Assembly (NCBI RefSeq): GCF_000012805.1
Contig: NC_007484.1
Span: 1,440,001 to 1,472,000 of the forward strand
Direction: 5' to 3'
Source: Nitrosococcus oceani ATCC 19707
GTDB taxonomy: Bacteria; Pseudomonadota; Gammaproteobacteria; Nitrosococcales; Nitrosococcaceae
DNA length: 32,000 bases
Position 1 is the stretch's first letter. Each line of letters begins with the position of its first letter. The position numbers were made by a program, and so were the translations under genes. The notes under the pieces were generated by a model. That model did no database searches, was not told the DNA's origin, and saw only the letters and a program-made list of their open reading frames with translations. This document shows, piece by piece, positions 27,176 through 32,000 of this stretch.

Positions 27176-27208
27176 ATATCAGGGTTAATATTTTTAGTGT
27201 TAAAAATT

Positions 27209-28000
27209 TTAAATTTTAGCTCTTGGCACGGGTGAATCTAGGAACCGCAATTGGGGCAAAATGAGATTTTTAGCCTGCTGAATATCCCCTGGAAAGTCAA
27301 TTTCTATCCAGGGTAATCCAGTGATATCCTCGATCCCAAAGCGCTCTGGCGTTGCTAGCAGCAGATCCCGCAGGGCCTCTTCATGGGGCGCTTCTTGGCG
27401 TGATTGATCGATATAGTTTTGACACCTATCAGCGAGCCGGGAGGCCATTGCTTCCGAGAAACGAAAGAAGCCCACCGACTCGCCTATGGTATCGTAGTGC
27501 AGTCCTGCTGGAATCTGTTTACGAAATTCCACCAGAAGCCCCTCCCGAAGGCAGAGCTTGACCGGCTCCTCGCCAGGTTCGAAGTCGCGGTCAAGCAGAA
27601 AGCAATTCCTGTGGGGGGATTGCAGGAGGCGTTGCCCTAGGCGGTAGTCATAGAGCACATCCGCATCCATCAATAGAACCTCTCCCCCGGCACGGAGTTG
27701 ATCCCGCAAGGACCAGAGGCTGACGATGCTGCCCGCATTAAAATCAGCATTATATACGGTTTGAGGGCGAGGAAGGAATGCCAACCTATCGAGCGCCTGT
27801 TCTACCTGTTCGGCCTGATACCCGGTTGCAATGGCAACATTTTGAACCCCTAATTGGGAAAGGATGAGGAGATGGCGCTCAAGTAGACTGCGGCCGTCGA
27901 ACTCCAGCAGGCATTTGGGTTGGTTGTGGTGATTGGTAAGGCGTTTACCGCGACCGGCGGCTAGGATAAGGGCACGCATGGCTTGCTGATATCCCCTCAT
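27209..28000 (-). CDS. LicC-family nucleotidyltransferase (candidate phosphonate/phosphocholine cytidylyltransferase, PntC-like)
   Basis: Signature MRALILAAGRGKRL...PKCLL, and ...WIEIDFPGD near the C-terminus as in LicC. ATG 28000 abuts the hpnG stop. The internal ATG 27979 (MRALILAAG) is an equally plausible start. Confidence 0.8.
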   Translation of the reverse strand: MRGYQQAMRALILAAGRGKRLTNHHNQPKCLLEFDGRSLLERHLLILSQLGVQNVAIATGYQAEQVEQALDRLAFLPRPQTVYNADFNAGSIVSLWSLRDQLRAGGEVLLMDADVLYDYRLGQRLLQSPHRNCFLLDRDFEPGEEPVKLCLREGLLVEFRKQIPAGLHYDTIGESVGFFRFSEAMASRLADRCQNYIDQSRQEAPHEEALRDLLLATPERFGIEDITGLPWIEIDFPGDIQQAKNLILPQLRFLDSPVPRAKI

Positions 28001-28771
28001 TTATGGGATTAGGAGGGTAGGGCTTATTCTTGCCGTTACCGCCCGTAAAGTGGTCCTTGCAGCCTGAAAGTGTCTTGCAAGCTGCCATAAATCAAGCGCT
28101 TCCCAGGGCCGCTTAAGCAGGTTTGCCAGCAAGGCGAATAGCTGTAATTGTCCCTGACTATTCAGGGCCTTTAGGGCTGATGGGGGCAAGGCAGTTGGAG
28201 CCGGATCGGCTATCGCCCGGATCACCAGAAATGGGACGCCGGCGCTGGCTGCCGCTTTGCCCACAGCCGCACTTTCCATATCCACCGCCACACAGCCTGT
28301 TTGTCGATAAAGACGAGTTTTTTCCTCTGGCGAGGAGAGGATAGTTTCTGTGTGTTGGAGGGGAGCATTGGATAAGGGTAATTTTCCTTCCAATTGCTCT
28401 AAGAGAGATTGCAGCCAATAGGGATCAGTGCCGTATTGCTCTCCACTGAGGAGGCGTACCTGCTCTGGCAGAAGTAAAACTCCTGACTCCAGGTGAGGCG
28501 CCAGGCCGCCAGCGACTCCCCAGCTAATTAAGGCTTTAGCACCTGCTGATAATAGGTCTTCGGCAGCCCGGCGGGCCCGTTCAGGGCCGATACCGGAAAG
28601 CTGCAAATGAAGTGAGTCCGCCAAAGCAATCTTATCGCCGGGGCGCAGCCGCTGTTTGGCGAGGCAGCCGCCTTCCGCTGGTAAGGCGGCCACCACGCCG
28701 GTCCCCATGAACGATAAGGGCAGCGCTGCAGTCGTTTGGCGGGCTGCTTTGCTAGCGTTTGTGATCAACAC
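28001..28771 (-). CDS. hpnG: Hopanoid-associated phosphorylase/nucleosidase HpnG (PNP/MTAN family)
   Basis: 256 aa with GIGPERA...LISWGVAGGL...CVAVDMESAAV...FLVIRAIADPA, the PNP_UDP fold in the position typical for hpnG directly after shc. The start overlaps the shc stop by 7 nt. Confidence 0.8.
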   Translation of the reverse strand: MLITNASKAARQTTAALPLSFMGTGVVAALPAEGGCLAKQRLRPGDKIALADSLHLQLSGIGPERARRAAEDLLSAGAKALISWGVAGGLAPHLESGVLLLPEQVRLLSGEQYGTDPYWLQSLLEQLEGKLPLSNAPLQHTETILSSPEEKTRLYRQTGCVAVDMESAAVGKAAASAGVPFLVIRAIADPAPTALPPSALKALNSQGQLQLFALLANLLKRPWEALDLWQLARHFQAARTTLRAVTARISPTLLIP

Positions 28772-30744
28772 TGCCGATTAAGATGGTTGCGATAGCGGGC
28801 GAGGGCCCATAGGGGGAAAAACTTATCATAACCATGGTATTTAAGGTAAAACACGCGGGGAAAGCCGGGAGCATTAAAGGCTGGATGGTCCCACAGCCCA
28901 TCTTCTTGCTGGATCTGCAGGAGATAGGCAATGCCTTTTTTAACGGCCTCGCTATTGGCTTCCCCTACGGCCATGAGGGCAAGCAGGGCCCAGGCGGTAT
29001 GAACAGGCGTGCTTTCCTGATAGCGGCCAGCAAGAGAAGAATCGAAATAAGAATAGTTGTCTTCACCCCAGCCCCCATCTAAACGCTGAACTTGTTTTAG
29101 CCACTCAACGGCCTTCCGAATAAATCCTTCTTGGGGGTCGATGTTTGCCTGTTCCAAGGCGGTCAGGGCTGACCAGGTCCCATAAATATAATTGGTGCCC
29201 CAACGACCAAACCAGGAGCCATTAGGCTCTTGCTCCCGGCGCAGATAATCTAGGGCGCGCTGCAGAGTTTCCGCATATTGGGGTTTATTTAAACGGCCTA
29301 GCAATACGATGCAGCGAGCAGTAACATCCGCAGTGGGAGGATCGAGCAGCGCCCCATGATCGGCAAAGGGGATTTCATTTAGATAATAATGCGTATTATC
29401 TGATTCGAAAGCAGCAAATCCTCCATTGCGAGATTGCATTCCGCAGAGCCAATCGCAGGCTCGCCCTATAGCTTCCCCGTAGCGCTCCGGGGTTGCGGCT
29501 TGATCCATGCTCCAAGCTACGAGGGCCGTATCGTCGAGATCAGGATAGTAGCTATTGTTATACTGAAAAGCCCAGCCTCCCCCTTTAAGGTTAGGGTGTT
29601 GTACTTGCCAATCTCCAGACTGTTCCAGGATTTGCCGCTCCTTGAGCCAATCGAGGGCGCGGATGACTGGCGCTGTGGTATGTCCGCCCTCGGTTTCCTG
29701 GAGGGCCAGAGCGGCTAAACCCGTATCCCAAATTGGGGATAGGCAGGGTTGGCAGGAAGCGGAGTTCTTCTCTTCTATCACCAGATTCTGAAGTGCCTTT
29801 TTAGCCTGAACCCGCCAAGGATGATCCGGGCTATAACCTAGCAAAATCAAGGATTCGTGGGCATTGACCATGGCGGGAAAAATACCTCCGAGACCATCCT
29901 CCCCATTTAAGCGCTCGGTAAACCAGGTTTCTGCTTTTTTGAGGGCGCGGCGCCTGAGCATCGAGGGAATTAATGGCTCCAACAAACGGGCCGTGCGTTC
30001 CACCGAAAGCAAAATTTTGTTGAGGCGGGAGCGTACCGGAAAATAGTGCCGTTCCTGCTCTGGTGGAACAGTGAATAACTCTTGGATATGCACATTCCGG
30101 GGATTTTGGGCCTGCGCCTTAAGGCTGTAAAGAATAGCCAGAGGAACCATAACTGTCCGCGACCAATAGGAGACTTTGCTCAAATGGAAGGGAAACCAAC
30201 GGGGCAGAAGCATGATTTCCACGGGAATAAAAGGAACTCCACGCCAGGGAATCTGGCTAAACATGGCCAAGGCAAGGCGGGTGAAAACGTTAGCGCGGGC
30301 ACCGCCGCCCTGGGCGAGAATGGCCTCGCGGGCCCGGCGCATGTGGGGCGCATTGGGATCATCCCCGACCAATTTTAGGGCGTAGTAGACTTTCACTGAA
30401 CAGCTAATGTCCAAATCGCCCCCTTCGTACAGGGGCCAGCCCCCATGGCTGGCTTGCTTAGCACGCAAGCGAGCGGCGAGTTTACGCTCGATTTCAGGTT
30501 CCAGCTCGCCCGTGAAGTGGGTCCAGAGAATATACTCAGCAGGGATGGTGCAATCTGCTTCCAGCATAAAGCACCAATGACCATCCGCTTGCTGGAGTTT
30601 GAGTAAAGCATCCCGGGCAGCGGTGATGGCCCCACTGATCTCTCTAGGGTGGGTATCTTGGCCTGAAGTTTCAGTTGCTGGTGAAGCGGCGGCAATACCT
30701 ATGGCGCCAGCCGATTCCGGAGCTTGTCGAAGTGCGCGGGTCAT
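28765..30744 (-). CDS. shc: Squalene-hopene cyclase
   Basis: 659 aa with the catalytic motif YYPDLDDTALV, repeated QW motifs (e.g. NGSWFGRWG, DGGWGE), and GGWAFQ. Confidence 0.95.
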   Translation of the reverse strand: MTRALRQAPESAGAIGIAAASPATETSGQDTHPREISGAITAARDALLKLQQADGHWCFMLEADCTIPAEYILWTHFTGELEPEIERKLAARLRAKQASHGGWPLYEGGDLDISCSVKVYYALKLVGDDPNAPHMRRAREAILAQGGGARANVFTRLALAMFSQIPWRGVPFIPVEIMLLPRWFPFHLSKVSYWSRTVMVPLAILYSLKAQAQNPRNVHIQELFTVPPEQERHYFPVRSRLNKILLSVERTARLLEPLIPSMLRRRALKKAETWFTERLNGEDGLGGIFPAMVNAHESLILLGYSPDHPWRVQAKKALQNLVIEEKNSASCQPCLSPIWDTGLAALALQETEGGHTTAPVIRALDWLKERQILEQSGDWQVQHPNLKGGGWAFQYNNSYYPDLDDTALVAWSMDQAATPERYGEAIGRACDWLCGMQSRNGGFAAFESDNTHYYLNEIPFADHGALLDPPTADVTARCIVLLGRLNKPQYAETLQRALDYLRREQEPNGSWFGRWGTNYIYGTWSALTALEQANIDPQEGFIRKAVEWLKQVQRLDGGWGEDNYSYFDSSLAGRYQESTPVHTAWALLALMAVGEANSEAVKKGIAYLLQIQQEDGLWDHPAFNAPGFPRVFYLKYHGYDKFFPLWALARYRNHLNRQC

Positions 30745-30780
30745 AATGTGATCCCCTTGGGTTTATTAATTCCATGAAGC

Positions 30781-31881
30781 CTATTTCTCTGGCGACGCTT
30801 GCGGCATAGATGTTTGTTTACTGTCGTTGCTATTTACCTTTAGTGGTATAAAAGGTACACCTTTTGACGCAAGATTAAACAGGAATGTTAATACCTTATC
30901 GTGATTTGCTGCAATACTTGTTAAGAGTATTGTTGTTTTTACGCTACGGCGGGAGATCTTGACTTGCCAGCTAGCCGAAAAATTCCGACGCCGATGAAGT
31001 TTGCGCAATGTCAGCATGGCAAGGCCAATAGCCCATAGACAAAAACGCCGGATACCTCCTTCTTCCGGGGGAATGAGTAGGGTATAGGTTAAGGCGTTGC
31101 GGAGATGGGCATGGGTGACGCCAATGAGGTGTTGGAGACCATCGCCAAAGGCAGATTGATAGTGGCCGGGCTCAAGGTTATCCAAATTAAAGCCTGCTTG
31201 TTCGAAGACGGTGCGCGGCAGCCAGCAAATCCGCCTTTTTCTATCGTCCCAGATGTCCTTGAGGATGTTGGTCATCTGCAAACCCTGGCCAAAAGAGACC
31301 ATGAGATTGCGTAGAGCTTCACGGTTGCGGTTGATCCCAGGAGAGTAATCACAGAAAAGTTCCGTCAGCATTTCGCCGACGACGCCGGCGACAAAGTAGC
31401 AATATTGGTCCATGGCCTCCATATCGGCTAGGCCTCGTAAGCTGGCGGTATTCTGAAAGCGAGGCATACCGTCGCACATAATGCATACACAGCGTTCCAA
31501 GGCAGCTCGTTGGCGGGGGTTGAAGCTGTAAGTGATCCGGAGAATCCGTGGCGCATTTTGAATAAGTTCCCGTTCGGCAGCTAGGGTATGCTCCGATAGG
31601 AGAGGGTATAGGGAGCAGGCAAAAGATTCAGCCGAGGTTTGCCCCGCGACTACGGTAACGAAAAGGTTGGAAAAGTATTTTTTCTGGGCGATGCTGAGGG
31701 TGGGTTCATCCTCAATGGTATCGGCTATGCGGCACAGGAGATAGCCATTGGCTACCACCTCTTGCAAGGGGGGAGGGAGTTGGGGAATAGTGAGGGCAAA
31801 GGTACGGGAGACGCCAGGAAGAATATAATCCTGGTAGTTTTTATCAGCTGAATCGTAACTAGTATGATAAGAGCCCATCAT
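30781..31881 (-). CDS. sqs: Squalene synthase (farnesyl-diphosphate farnesyltransferase, eukaryote-like Sqs type rather than HpnC/HpnD)
   Basis: 366 aa with VSRTFALTI, Asp-rich motif 1 as CRIADTIEDE (the DTxED form seen in Sqs), motif 2 as TNILKDIWDDRKRRICWLP, and a hydrophobic C-terminal region. Confidence 0.8.
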   Translation of the reverse strand: MMGSYHTSYDSADKNYQDYILPGVSRTFALTIPQLPPPLQEVVANGYLLCRIADTIEDEPTLSIAQKKYFSNLFVTVVAGQTSAESFACSLYPLLSEHTLAAERELIQNAPRILRITYSFNPRQRAALERCVCIMCDGMPRFQNTASLRGLADMEAMDQYCYFVAGVVGEMLTELFCDYSPGINRNREALRNLMVSFGQGLQMTNILKDIWDDRKRRICWLPRTVFEQAGFNLDNLEPGHYQSAFGDGLQHLIGVTHAHLRNALTYTLLIPPEEGGIRRFCLWAIGLAMLTLRKLHRRRNFSASWQVKISRRSVKTTILLTSIAANHDKVLTFLFNLASKGVPFIPLKVNSNDSKQTSMPQASPEK

Positions 31882-32000
31882 TATTTACAAGGAGGCGCTA
31901 TTATTTTCCTGGTTGTTAAGGACGTGTTGAGAAATGTGGTTACGTGTTCCGAAGCTTAATATTACCGGAATGGCAAGGGTAAGTCTCCATGGAGGGTATA

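Noticed and set aside
1-32000. rRNA, tRNA, tmRNA, RNase P, SRP RNA and common riboswitches
   Set aside because: A scan by eye for their hallmark conserved strings on both strands found nothing convincing. A proper covariance-model scan is still needed.

Overview
The window looks like a gammaproteobacterial-type chromosome segment, about half G+C by eye. The gene content resembles Nitrosococcus/Chromatiales-like organisms, but I cannot verify that without a search.

**1-13.9 kb, housekeeping genes:** the 5' part of relA, hrpA, tex, a DUF2024-like gene, cysJ-cysI and a 1-Cys peroxiredoxin.

**14-20 kb, a scarred accessory patch:**
- A tnpB-only IS200/IS605-family element sits inside the signal-peptide codons of an M48 lipoprotein protease gene.
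- Two ~290-bp tnpB-less derivatives of a sister element lie in inverted orientation at 9.1 kb and 17.2 kb. Both keep the region where TnpB elements encode their omega RNA.
- Only the 3' third of ptsP survives.
- A GC-rich, membrane-anchored STAND-type NTPase gene is broken by an in-frame TAA and a frameshift.
- A ~270-nt ORF-poor stretch is unusually rich in C-G-closed UUCG/GNRA tetraloop hairpins.

**20-32 kb:** pepN, then seven tightly packed minus-strand genes. These join squalene/hopanoid synthesis (sqs, shc, hpnG) to a complete 2-aminoethylphosphonate pathway (PEP mutase fused to a nucleotidyltransferase, phosphonopyruvate decarboxylase, AEP transaminase) plus a second LicC-type cytidylyltransferase.

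**Best novelty candidates:**
1. The hopanoid-phosphonate gene fusion, which could mean a phosphono-hopanoid or a coordinated membrane programme.
2. The TnpB IS, its orphan omega-RNA-like MITEs and the IS-rewired M48 gene start.
3. The unclassified tetraloop-rich element next to pepN.

I saw no rRNA, tRNA or CRISPR array. All homology calls come from motif recognition by eye; no searches or folding programs were run.
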